Shown here: positions 55,457-64,000 of the stretch, piece by piece
Layout of the letters: every line of letters starts with the position of its first letter
Position numbering within the stretch: position 1 is the first letter of the stretch
From: an uncultured Alcanivoracaceae bacterium
GTDB lineage: Bacteria > Pseudomonadota > Gammaproteobacteria > Xanthomonadales > Marinicellaceae
Reading direction: 5' to 3'
Length of the DNA: 64,000 nucleotides
Assembly: GCA_964564165.1 (NCBI GenBank)
Contig: CAZLZZ010000001.1
Span: 10,257-74,256 of the forward strand
Position numbers and translations under genes: made by a program
The notes under the pieces: generated by a model
Seen by the model: the letters and a program-made list of their open reading frames with translations, nothing else
What the model was told of the DNA's origin: nothing
Databases searched by the model: none

Positions 55457-56512
55457 TTAAATTGGTAAATCTAATTGAATCGAGGCATCTTTATCGTCAA
55501 ACTGTATGCCCAAACCAATCAATCTCACCGGTTTTTTGCCACGTTGCCAGGCAATTTTGATCAGTTGTAGGTAAGTGAAATCGTCCAGTTCTGTTGCTGA
55601 TGTTTGTGCTGTTGTGGTTTTGAAATTATTGAAACGCAATTTTACATACAGGGCTTTGATAGAGGGTTTTTGTTTTTTTTGGCTAGACTCAAAACGCTTA
55701 ATTAATTCCTCATACAATCTGGGTATTTCATCTAAACACTTTACTAAAGTAGCTCTATCATGAACAAAAGTATCTTCAATACTCAATGATTTGCGAATAC
55801 TACTGGTTGCAACAGGGCGGTTATCGACACCCCGAGATAAATTATACAGTTGATCTCCGAATTTACCAAAGTAGTTGTGTAATTCTTGGGTTGATAGATT
55901 TTGTAAATCTGCACAGGTATTGATGCCGAGTTTTTGCATTTTTTTGTTAGTTACTTTACCTACCCCGAATATTTTTTTAACGGGTAAATCAATCACAAAC
56001 CGTGCAACGTTATTGGGTGTAATAACAAATTGCCCATTGGGCTTGTTCCAATCGCTGGCTATTTTTGCTAAAAATTTATTGGGCGCAATGCCTGCTGATG
56101 CTGCTAGATTGTGTTCGTCCATGATTTGTTTCCTGATCTTTTGCGCAATCAGTGTTGCAGAACCCTTACACTGTTTACAATCGCTGACATTCAGAAAGGC
56201 TTCATCCAATGAAAGTGGCTGGACTATTGAGGTATACTCTCTAAATATCGCCTGAATTTTTTTTGAAACTTCACGGTACAGAGCCATATTTACTGGTAAC
56301 ATAATCAACTGTGGGCATTTCTTTACAGCTTGACTCATGGGCATAGCCGAATGTATGCCAAATTTCCGCGCCTCATAATTGCAAGCGGCAACGACCCCTC
56401 GGGTTTCAGGTTTTCCTCCGACGGCAACAGGCTTGCCTTTTAAACAGGGGTTTTCTCGCGTTTCCACTGCCGCATAAAAACAATCCATATCAATGTGAAT
56501 GATTTTTCTCAC
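55457..56512 (-). CDS. dinB: DNA polymerase IV
   Basis: IIHIDMDCFYAAVE, SLDEAFLNV, and GVGKVT motifs. 351 aa. Confidence 0.95.
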   Translation of the reverse strand: MRKIIHIDMDCFYAAVETRENPCLKGKPVAVGGKPETRGVVAACNYEARKFGIHSAMPMSQAVKKCPQLIMLPVNMALYREVSKKIQAIFREYTSIVQPLSLDEAFLNVSDCKQCKGSATLIAQKIRKQIMDEHNLAASAGIAPNKFLAKIASDWNKPNGQFVITPNNVARFVIDLPVKKIFGVGKVTNKKMQKLGINTCADLQNLSTQELHNYFGKFGDQLYNLSRGVDNRPVATSSIRKSLSIEDTFVHDRATLVKCLDEIPRLYEELIKRFESSQKKQKPSIKALYVKLRFNNFKTTTAQTSATELDDFTYLQLIKIAWQRGKKPVRLIGLGIQFDDKDASIQLDLPI

Positions 56513-57042
56513 AAGATTTTATGTTTTCCAGTCGCCATATTGTCCAGTTTATAATCACCAATACTTAAACGAATCAACCGCAACACTGGTAGCCCAATAT
56601 GTGCCATCATTCTTCTAACCTGTCGATTGCGGCCTTGGTTGATGGTGATTTCAACCCAAGTGGTCGGGCTGTTTTCGCGTTGTCTAATGGGCGGCTCACG
56701 TTTCCAAACAAAATCAGGTTGTTTGATTAGTAATTTTGCTTTAATAGCCACCGCTTTTCCATCTTTTAATTCTATACCCTTTCTTAACTTATCCAAAGCA
56801 GGGTATTTTGCAACACCCTCAACTTGTAGCAAATAGACTTTATCTACCTTCTTTATTGGGTTGGCCAATGAATTTTTTAATTTCCCATCGTCGGTGAGTA
56901 ACATTAAACCTTCAGAGTCATAATCCAAACGCCCTATTGAATAGATTTTTTTGATGTCAATGAAATCAGCCAAAGTTTGCCGACCATTTTCATCGGTGAA
57001 TTGGCTAAGAACATGATAAGGTTTGTTGAAGGCGACTAACAT
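56509..57042 (-). CDS. rluE: 23S rRNA pseudouridine synthase RluE
   Basis: FNKPYHVLSQFTDENGRQTLADFI (RluE-type N-terminus), the GRLDYDSEGL catalytic Asp, and NRQVRRM. The start is taken at ATG 57042. Confidence 0.85.
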   Translation of the reverse strand: MLVAFNKPYHVLSQFTDENGRQTLADFIDIKKIYSIGRLDYDSEGLMLLTDDGKLKNSLANPIKKVDKVYLLQVEGVAKYPALDKLRKGIELKDGKAVAIKAKLLIKQPDFVWKREPPIRQRENSPTTWVEITINQGRNRQVRRMMAHIGLPVLRLIRLSIGDYKLDNMATGKHKIL

Positions 57043-57051
57043 TATTAACAA

Positions 57052-57429
57052 TTACGGTTTAAATTTATTGAGCTGTATATCTTTTAAAATTTTATAATGT
57101 TTAGTGTTGCCAGTGAGCAAAGGTACACCACATGAAGTGGCTGTTGCAGCAATTAATGCATCTGCCAATTGTAATGAATGACTCAAAAAATTCTGCTCAA
57201 CATAAAACATTGCTCTGTTTGAAATATCTTCATTGACATAAAGTATTGTAGCCTGCCATGATTTCAACGCTTTTCTTAAAGCCGCTAATTCATGTTTGTT
57301 TCGCATGCCTTGGACTAACTCCATATAGGTTATCACAGAAATATTAAACCCTTTTGACTCTTCAATTATCTTGAATGCTTTAGAGTTGCCTTTCATATAC
57401 CAAATAATAACATCGGTATCAATCAGCAT
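57052..57429 (-). CDS. vapC: PIN-domain toxin VapC
   Basis: 125 aa. It begins MLIDTDVIIW and has conserved acidic residues. It overlaps the upstream antitoxin. Confidence 0.85.
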   Translation of the reverse strand: MLIDTDVIIWYMKGNSKAFKIIEESKGFNISVITYMELVQGMRNKHELAALRKALKSWQATILYVNEDISNRAMFYVEQNFLSHSLQLADALIAATATSCGVPLLTGNTKHYKILKDIQLNKFKP

Positions 57430-57661
57430 GATTTCTGCCCTTTCTTAGGTTTCTGATATGTTTATCAACACCTTTGATTTTGTCGTTGTTTTTCCAAATA
57501 CCAAACAATTCGTTAACTTGAGTATCGTCTTTTTTTTCATCCAATGGCGTTAATTTTGCACAGGGTTTTCCGTGATAACTGATGATCACTTCTTCGCCTC
57601 TTTTTACTGTATTAAGCAAGTCATTTGTTTGAAATCTTAAGTCTTTAGCAGTTGCTTTCAT
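57419..57661 (-). CDS. Phd/YefM-type antitoxin
   Basis: 80 aa. The N-terminal ...DLRFQTNDLLNTVKRGEEVIISYHGKPCAKLTPL is a typical Phd/YefM fold signature. Confidence 0.75.
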   Translation of the reverse strand: MKATAKDLRFQTNDLLNTVKRGEEVIISYHGKPCAKLTPLDEKKDDTQVNELFGIWKNNDKIKGVDKHIRNLRKGRNHAD

Positions 57662-57726
57662 TATTTGTGTCTAACCTATTTATTTACACTTTAAAGTATA
57701 AATAATTTAACATTGCTTATCAAGAA

Positions 57727-59097
57727 TTAATCCTTTTTTATTATTTTATATAACCGTCTTGGTGAGTTTTCAAAACTACCATTACTCATAAATACCACGG
57801 TGCTGTTTTCGTCACATAAATCTTTTATAACAACTAATAATGCATCAACCGACTCCATAGTGTGTACACCTTGATTTTTAAGTTTTACTACCACTTGGTT
57901 TTCCCAGCTTAAATTTGGATAGTTCATCACTATAGCAATATCAGCACCTTTTAAAGATCCTGGTAAAGCTTGGGCATGAGCCCCAGAACGCATGGAGTTG
58001 CTTCGTGGTTCAAAAATAACGATTAGTTGTTGCTTTCCAATCTTATTTTTTATGCCTTCAATGGTGGCAGCAATAGCCGTTGGGTGATGGGCAAAATCAT
58101 CATAAATCTTTATGCCTTGTGCTTGTCCAATAAACTCCATACGGCGTTTTATACCCTGAAATTTTTCTAGTGCTTTGGCAGAATCTTCTAAAGCAACCTT
58201 TTGCTGCAATGCCGCTGCCATAGCAGCAATACCATTAAGCATATTGTGTTTGCCCGTTAAATTCCAATTCACCTTGGTTTGTTTTTTACCTTTAAAGTGC
58301 ACGTCAAATTCAGAACAGTCTGGCTCAATAGGTTTTGCCCAAATATCTGCCGAGTCATCCATACCAAACGTTAATATCGGTGTCCAACATCCCATTTTTA
58401 TAACATCCGATAAATTATCATCCTCATTATTAACAATCAACACTCCATCATTCGGAATGGTGCGGACAAAGTGATGAAATTGTGTTTTTATGGCATCAAG
58501 ATCAGGGAAAATATCCGCGTGATCAAATTCCAAATTATTTAAGATAGCAATATTGGCATGATAGTGAACGAATTTTGAACGCTTATCAAAAAAAGCCGAA
58601 TCATATTCATCGGCCTCAATCACAAAACAATCAGTATCAGTATTGCGTGCAGAAATGCCAAAATCTTGTGCCACACCGCCAATCAAAAACCCAGGATTGT
58701 GTTGATTGTCTTCCAGTATCCAAGCCAGCATGGAAGATGTGCTGGTTTTTCCATGTGTTCCTGCCACCGCAAAGACTTTTTTGTGGCGCAGCAAATGTTC
58801 GCCCAGCCATTGGGGTCCAGAGCTGTATTGTTGCGGACTTTTTAATAAGGATTCTATTGCTTCCATTCCGCGGGTCATGACATTACCAACGACAACTTCG
58901 TCATAGTCTTTCTGTAACACGGAATCATCGTATCCTTGATGCATTTCAATACCGAGCTCTTCTAATTGCGTACTCATTGGCGGATAGACATTTTTGTCCG
59001 ACCCGTTAACTTCATATCCCAAAGAACGAGCCAATACAGCCAAACCACCCATAAAAGTGCCACAAATGCCCAGTATATGTATTTTTTGTTTATTCAT
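57727..59097 (-). CDS. mpl: UDP-N-acetylmuramate:L-alanyl-gamma-D-glutamyl-meso-DAP ligase
   Basis: IHILGICGTFMGGLA, GTHGKTSTSSM, and the Mur ligase C-terminal domain. 456 aa. Confidence 0.95.
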   Translation of the reverse strand: MNKQKIHILGICGTFMGGLAVLARSLGYEVNGSDKNVYPPMSTQLEELGIEMHQGYDDSVLQKDYDEVVVGNVMTRGMEAIESLLKSPQQYSSGPQWLGEHLLRHKKVFAVAGTHGKTSTSSMLAWILEDNQHNPGFLIGGVAQDFGISARNTDTDCFVIEADEYDSAFFDKRSKFVHYHANIAILNNLEFDHADIFPDLDAIKTQFHHFVRTIPNDGVLIVNNEDDNLSDVIKMGCWTPILTFGMDDSADIWAKPIEPDCSEFDVHFKGKKQTKVNWNLTGKHNMLNGIAAMAAALQQKVALEDSAKALEKFQGIKRRMEFIGQAQGIKIYDDFAHHPTAIAATIEGIKNKIGKQQLIVIFEPRSNSMRSGAHAQALPGSLKGADIAIVMNYPNLSWENQVVVKLKNQGVHTMESVDALLVVIKDLCDENSTVVFMSNGSFENSPRRLYKIIKKD

Positions 59098-59126
59098 TCG
59101 GTCATTTTATCAGATATAATTCACTC

Positions 59127-59360
59127 ATGAGTAGAGATTATGACAAATTTGTAGATGCCAAGGGCTTAAAGTGCCCACAGCCCTTATTGTTAGCAAAACA
59201 GGGAATTGGTCAAATTGAACAAGGACAAATACTTTTACTTGAAACCACTGACCCGCACACTGATTTGGATCTAGAAGTATGGTGTGAAAGATTTGGTCAC
59301 AAAGTCATACACAGCAACGAAAAAAACAGTATTCTTAAATTTTGGTTAGAAAAAGGTTAA
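59127..59360 (+). CDS. TusA-family sulfurtransferase
   Basis: 77 aa with the DAKGLKCPQPLL active-site Cys motif. Confidence 0.8.
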   Translation: MSRDYDKFVDAKGLKCPQPLLLAKQGIGQIEQGQILLLETTDPHTDLDLEVWCERFGHKVIHSNEKNSILKFWLEKG

Positions 59361-59423
59361 GCAAACCTTTGTCATTTATCCTGAATATTCCATAAAGCCA
59401 TTCAGGTTAGAATGATTAAAGAG

Positions 59424-59762
59424 TTATCGCACAGTGGCGCGGAGGCACAGCGGAAGGTCAATTTTTTTGTCCGCAGATGACGCAGAATAACGCAGATAAA
59501 AAATTAACTGTATCGCTTTTTACTTTAGAAAAATGTGATGGTTATGTGTTTTATTGAGTTCACAAGTTTAAATATACGTTAAACGTTTTAGAATAAAATA
59601 TGAAAAAACACCTTAAAATTTATGGCTCTATGTGAAATAGAGTTAACCAAGTTTATTGCAGGAAAGGACCCTAATACAGTATTACATCTGCGTTAATCTG
59701 CGTCATCTGCGGACAAAAAATCCTTTGATCTTCCGCTGTGCCTCCGTGCCGCTGTGCGATAA
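59424..59762. mobile_element. 339-bp element with ~74-nt terminal inverted arms
   Basis: The left arm is TTATCGCACAGTGGCGCGGAGGCACAGCGGAAGGTCAATTTTTTTGTCCGCAGATGACGCAGAATAACGCAGAT (59424-59497). The right arm (59686-59762) is its imperfect reverse complement. Each arm contains three CGCAGA(T) units. Confidence 0.7.
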
Positions 59763-59844
59763 AAATCATTTTCTTTAAAACTTATTCTACCAATACAGGT
59801 ACATCTTAATTATAATTCACATCCTTTGAAACTTAACACACAAT

Positions 59845-62145
59845 ATGAATCACGCCCAAATCATTGCACAAGCCATTAATGCTCAACCCAACCAAGTCAC
59901 AGCCGCGATTGGATTATTAGACGATGGTGATACGGTGCCATTTATCTCACGTTACCGCAAAGAAGTAACCGGCGGATTAGATGATACACAGTTGCGTTTG
60001 TTGGATGAAAAGTTAACTTACTTGCGTGAACTGGATGACCGACGTGCAACGGTGATGGACGTAATTAAAGAGCAAGGCAAACTAACCGATGAATTAAGGC
60101 TGGCAATAATGACAGCTGATACCAAAACTCGTTTGGAAGATTTGTATTTGCCGTTTAAAAAGAAACGCCAAACTAAAGCACAAATTGCACGCAAAGCAGG
60201 GCTTGAGCCTTTATTGCAAGATTTGATAAATCAGCCAAGTGACAATATTGATGAACTGGCACGAAAATACCTAACAGACGAGGTAAAAACTACCGATGAT
60301 GCGCTTGATGGCGCTCGTCAAATTGCCTTGGAAGAAATTGCCGAGGATGCCGATTTGATCCAACAACTGCGTGATTGGTTGTGGGATAACGCTTTGATAT
60401 CATCTACTTTGGTCAAAAGCAAAGAGAATGAAGCGACTAAATATAAAGACTATTTCGACTTTGCCGAAAAAATCAACAAAATTCCATCACATCGGATGCT
60501 AGCAATCTTGCGTGGACGCAATGAAGGCTTTTTGAGCTTAAAAATTGATGTTAAGCTCGATGATGGGCAACAACACCCTGCAGTTGGGCGAATCATTAAC
60601 CGTTTAAACTGGGATGTTACAAATTCCGCTTGGTTAATGCGCACCATTGGACTGGCTTGGATTGCCAAATTGCATGTCCGTTTGTCTCTACAGTTGACAA
60701 ACCAGGCGCGCGAAGGCGCAGATGGCGAAGCGATTAAGGTGTTCTCACGCAACATGAAAGATATTTTATTGGCCGCTCCTGCTGGCAGTAAGGCGACTTT
60801 GGGTTTAGACCCGGGATTTCGCACAGGTGTCAAAGTCGTGGTGGTTGATAAAACAGGCAAACTCACCGACACAGCCGTTATTTACCCACACGCACCACAA
60901 AAGCAGTGGGACAAATCTAAACACGTATTGGCAGGCCTGTGCATGAAACACAACATTGAACTCATCAGCATTGGTAATGGCACAGCATCGCGAGAAACCG
61001 ATCAATTGGCTGCCGAACTATTGTCAGACTTTAAAGACATCAAGGCGCAAAAAATCATGGTTTCAGAAGCGGGCGCCTCTATCTATTCTGCATCAGAATC
61101 AGCTGCTAAGGAGTTTCCAGATTTAGATGTGACTTATCGAGGTTCGGTTTCAATTGCACGCAGATTACAAGATCCGCTTGCAGAGTTGGTCAAAATTGAA
61201 CCCAAAGCTATTGGCGTTGGACAATATCAACATGATGTTAATCAAGTGCAACTGAACAAAGCATTGGGAGATACTGTTGAGGATTGTGTAAATTCGGTGG
61301 GTGTTAATGTGAACACTGCCTCACCTGCTTTATTAAAATATGTGGCAGGAATTTCTGAGTCTGTGGCCCAAGAAATCATCAATTATCGCGATGAAAATGG
61401 CCGTTTTGACAACCGCAAACAGTTGCTAAAAGTCAAACGATTGGGCGACAAAATGTTTACCCAGTGTGCAGGGTTTTTGCGCATTCGCAATGGTAAACAA
61501 CCACTTGATGCCTCCGCCGTGCATCCAGAGTCCTATGGCTTGGTAGAAAATATCGTTAAAAGTTTAGACTGTAAAATCCAAGATGTTATTGGTAAATCGG
61601 ATCAATTATCCCGTATCAATGCCCGTGATTTTGCCAACGAACAATACGGACTAGAAACCGTCAAAGACGTGATAGCCGAACTTAAAAAACCGGGTCGTGA
61701 TCCACGTGGAGAATTCAAAACAGCCACTTTTGATGACAGTGTGCACAAAATTTCTGACCTCAAAGAAGGCATGAAGCTCGAAGGCGTAGTTACTAATGTC
61801 ACTGCTTTTGGCGCGTTCGTTGATATTGGTGTTCACCAAGATGGGTTGGTACATATTTCGCAACTGGCCGATGTCTATGTCAAAGACCCAAGTGATGTGG
61901 TCAAAGCTGGGCAAATCATCAAAGTCACCGTTATGGAAGTCGATATCGCCCGAAAACGCATTGCATTATCTGCCAAAACAGGTGCAAAACCAAACACGTC
62001 ATCTAAAAGCACTAAAGGAGCACTGGATAAAAAGCCACAAGCTAAGAAAAGCTATCCAAAAAACAACCACCGTCAATCAAATCAAGTTAGCAATAGTCCA
62101 TTTGGGTCGTTGGCAGATGCTTTTAAGAATGCCAAGAAAAAGTAA
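59845..62145 (+). CDS. tex: Tex-like transcription accessory protein (YqgF/HhH/S1 domains)
   Basis: 766 aa. TVPFISRYRKE, LGLDPGFRTG (YqgF-like), HhH region, and a C-terminal S1 domain (GVVTNVTAFGAFVDIG). Confidence 0.95.
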   Translation: MNHAQIIAQAINAQPNQVTAAIGLLDDGDTVPFISRYRKEVTGGLDDTQLRLLDEKLTYLRELDDRRATVMDVIKEQGKLTDELRLAIMTADTKTRLEDLYLPFKKKRQTKAQIARKAGLEPLLQDLINQPSDNIDELARKYLTDEVKTTDDALDGARQIALEEIAEDADLIQQLRDWLWDNALISSTLVKSKENEATKYKDYFDFAEKINKIPSHRMLAILRGRNEGFLSLKIDVKLDDGQQHPAVGRIINRLNWDVTNSAWLMRTIGLAWIAKLHVRLSLQLTNQAREGADGEAIKVFSRNMKDILLAAPAGSKATLGLDPGFRTGVKVVVVDKTGKLTDTAVIYPHAPQKQWDKSKHVLAGLCMKHNIELISIGNGTASRETDQLAAELLSDFKDIKAQKIMVSEAGASIYSASESAAKEFPDLDVTYRGSVSIARRLQDPLAELVKIEPKAIGVGQYQHDVNQVQLNKALGDTVEDCVNSVGVNVNTASPALLKYVAGISESVAQEIINYRDENGRFDNRKQLLKVKRLGDKMFTQCAGFLRIRNGKQPLDASAVHPESYGLVENIVKSLDCKIQDVIGKSDQLSRINARDFANEQYGLETVKDVIAELKKPGRDPRGEFKTATFDDSVHKISDLKEGMKLEGVVTNVTAFGAFVDIGVHQDGLVHISQLADVYVKDPSDVVKAGQIIKVTVMEVDIARKRIALSAKTGAKPNTSSKSTKGALDKKPQAKKSYPKNNHRQSNQVSNSPFGSLADAFKNAKKK

Positions 62146-62169
62146 AATATACTTTTCCTGCATTTAGAA

Positions 62170-62202
62170 TGTAGGTTGGCGCAGAACGAAGTGAAGCCCA
62201 AT
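62170..62202 (-). repeat. Inverted partial copy (33 nt) of the ~120-bp X repeat
   Basis: TGTAGGTTGGCGCAGAACGAAGTGAAGCCCAAT is the reverse complement of the first 33 nt of the copy at 63873, with 1 mismatch. Confidence 0.8.
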
Positions 62203-62257
62203 ATTGCGATGTATAGGGAAACACTATTTTTGACTAGGATTGTTGTTTAATGTATTT

Positions 62258-62420
62258 CCCAAATCCCGATATAGAAAACACAATGACAGCACAAGCCTTT
62301 AATGCACCTAAGAAACCAGTAAAAAGCCTCATTACCAATAAGATGTATTTGATTTTTGTTGATTCCTTATGCACGCCAAGTACTTGTACTCTCAAATTCG
62401 TTTCTATATCTGGATCTGGG
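62258..62420 (-). mobile_element. MITE-A copy (163 bp, inverted orientation, diverged)
   Basis: CCCAAATCCCGATATAGAAAACAC ... GTTTCTATATCTGGATCTGGG. The interior aligns to the reverse complement of 41081-41243. The promoter region is degenerate in this copy. Confidence 0.75.
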
Positions 62421-62456
62421 TATTTAATTAATTTGTGAGTTGGTCGAAAGCCTGTT

Positions 62457-62576
62457 GTTGGGCTTCGTACCTCAGCACCAACCTACAAATGATTTTAAAT
62501 TATTTTTTTCGCTGTGGGCGCTGTGCTGCTGTGCGATTATTTGTTTTTGTAATCAATGCTTGTGCCCAATAATTTT
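62457..62576 (+). repeat. X repeat, copy 1 (~120 bp)
   Basis: GTTGGGCTTCGTACCTCAGCACCAACCTACAAATGATTTTAAATTATTTTTTTCGCTGTGGGCGCTGTGCTGCTGTGCGATTATTTGTTTTTGTAATCAATGCTTGTGCCCAATAATTTT aligns with 63873-63986. Confidence 0.8.
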
Positions 62577-62821
62577 TTGTTCATCGAATTTTGAAAAATA
62601 ACTGGTGAGAAACCAATAAGAATGGAAGACGATGTTGGTGAGGTTTTTCCAGTAGTCTTTATAGGGTTTCCGCCTGCTATTCGATAGAATTCACCACCAT
62701 CAAAACCAAAACAAAATCGGCGAGATTCCAGTATTTAGCAAGCGCCTGTCCTTAATCTCGATTTAATCTCTACATTTGGTGTGAGTTAGTTCTATACCAT
62801 TCGAGCCCGATCGAACTAATA

Positions 62822-63219
62822 TCAAACTCTTTTTCTCATTATATAAACAGTAACAAAGGCAATTATTGAGAAATATAGAGTTTGCGCTCCTGTGTTAAAA
62901 AAGAATATACTATCAAATTTATGATTAAGTGCATATTTTACAGTTGCAGTCATTGCAGTAAGATAGATTCCCGTAAGCAATATCAATGAAATATATAAAG
63001 ATATTTTTGGAAGCATTTGCGCTAATATTGCAAACAGGCCATAAACAAACAGCAAAAGAAAAAAGACATGAATATATCTTTAGCGCATGTAGGATTACAC
63101 AAAACAAGCAAAGGAATAAATAGCAAGCCTGCAAAAAAGATAGCCTCGATTATGCCACTGAATTTATAATCCGCTCCACTGCCTTTGATAAAACTAAAAC
63201 CATATCTACTCACAATCAA
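62822..63219 (-). pseudogene. Possible frameshifted small membrane protein gene
   Basis: Three overlapping hydrophobic ORFs lie in different minus-strand frames (63219-63022, 63134-62925, 63055-62822). The first and third could join through a shift in the T/A homopolymer near 63057-63064. This is speculative. Confidence 0.3.
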
Positions 63220-63338
63220 CTCCTTTGTTAATGTTGCTTGTATGTGATTATATCACGTTAAACTCAATGAAACAATGTGTCAAAAGTCACTTTGTATTTT
63301 GATAGTAAAATAGTTACTTCTCGTAGTTTTTTAAACCA

Positions 63339-63797
63339 TTAGTTTCTTTCCCAAAGAGTTTCTTCTATTCTTTCAAGCTCACCCCAAACTATTTTTACTT
63401 TGGGTGTATCACTTAATAATCCATGAACTTCTATGTCAATTGATTGATCCATACAAAAACTTAAACACATAATTGCATAATCGTGCCTAATAGTATATTT
63501 GTCTAATATTAGTCGGGTATACTCTAAATCATTAAACTCTTTAGGGTTGTTAGGTAATCTTTTTAATGTGCGTTTTAAGTACCTTCCTTTTTCTGCAAAT
63601 CCTTTAAAATCAGTGTATATTTTTTCTAACCTTTGTTGGGACAAAGAATGAGCATATTTATATTGTTTGGATTTTTCGTTACAACTGTGTTCTGGGTTCA
63701 TGGAACTTAGTAAACTTAACAAAGTTAGGAAAGCAATAATTCTATCTAAGAATCTATAAACCTTGATCATTGCTTTTTTTATATATTTTTCAACCAT
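63339..63797 (-). CDS. Hypothetical protein
   Basis: 152-aa ORF with one N-terminal hydrophobic segment and no recognised motif. Confidence 0.4.
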   Translation of the reverse strand: MVEKYIKKAMIKVYRFLDRIIAFLTLLSLLSSMNPEHSCNEKSKQYKYAHSLSQQRLEKIYTDFKGFAEKGRYLKRTLKRLPNNPKEFNDLEYTRLILDKYTIRHDYAIMCLSFCMDQSIDIEVHGLLSDTPKVKIVWGELERIEETLWERN

Positions 63798-63872
63798 TTT
63801 ATTTTTTCAATTTGATTTAAAAATAAGATAATTGAATAGTACAAAAGTTCAGTAATAATGTTTTTTTTTAAC

Positions 63873-63986
63873 GTTGGGCTTCACTTCGTTCTGCGCCAAC
63901 CTACAAATGATTTTAAATTATTATTTTCTTTCGCTGTGTCGCTGTGCGATTATTTTTTTGCAATCAACGCTTATACCCAATAATTT
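63873..63986 (+). repeat. X repeat, copy 2
   Basis: GTTGGGCTTCACTTCGTTCTGCGCCAACCTACAAATGATTTTAAATTATTATTTTCTTTCGCTGTGTCGCTGTGCGATTATTTTTTTGCAATCAACGCTTATACCCAATAATTT. Confidence 0.8.
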
Positions 63987-64000
63987 CCTGCTCGCCGGGT

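Noticed and set aside
62166-63990. Integron gene-cassette array. GTTGGGC matches the attC R' core GTTRRRY, GCCCAAT/ACCCAAT resemble RYYYAAC, and small ORFs lie between the repeats.
   Set aside because: - In the X repeats the core-like motifs occur in the order GTTRRRY...RYYYAAY, which is the wrong order for an attC.
- For the 62196/62457 pair, the complementarity extends outward from the cores instead of inward.
- No intI gene or attI is visible.

Overview
This is a 64-kb chromosomal segment from an AT-rich, gammaproteobacterium-like genome. The taxonomic call is an inference from gene content and order: lptM-dapF-yigA-xerC, ubiG-gph, mpl, rluE-dinB, miaA, tex. All product calls come from reading motifs in the supplied translations; no database search was possible.

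The backbone is housekeeping:
- pxpBC, a TonB-dependent receptor, TRAP permeases, miaA, rimK
- an M17 aminopeptidase, apbE, xerC/dapF, birA
- a MidA-type methyltransferase, a pteridine reductase, ubiG, nucleotide-sugar genes
- yeeE halves, dinG, dinB, rluE, mpl, tusA, tex
- tRNA-Arg(CCG) and tRNA-Thr(UGU)

Small accessory islets interrupt this backbone:
- Four classical type II TA pairs: Xre-RES, two PIN pairs, and ParDE.
- A Fic gene split by an in-frame TAA placed just after its auto-inhibition motif.
- A frameshifted BlaI/BlaR1-like pair.
- An integrase-less, decaying islet downstream of tRNA-Thr.

The most unusual content is a dense population of non-coding mobile or repeat elements:
- MITE-B is a 160-bp, TA-flanked element with 4 copies. 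One splits an MBL-fold hydrolase gene in frame, one replaces the 3' end of parE, and one supplies the stop codon of a 1341-aa hybrid two-component regulator.
- MITE-A is about 163 bp, with 5 to 6 copies or variants. It carries an outward-facing sigma70-like promoter aimed at a tandem dodecin pair and at an alpha/beta hydrolase gene.
- There is also a 165-bp element with 25-nt terminal inverted repeats (TIRs) next to tRNA-Arg, and a 339-bp element with ~74-nt inverted arms.
- ~120-bp direct repeats bracket a 1.3-kb cassette at the right edge of the window.
- A REP family (GGAAYCGnGnCTTTAGnCnCG) is present.

Several genes are inactivated by point stops, frameshifts or MITEs. I do not see CRISPR arrays, rRNA, a prophage, or a clear large novel multi-gene system. 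The findings below are individually modest and are ranked honestly.
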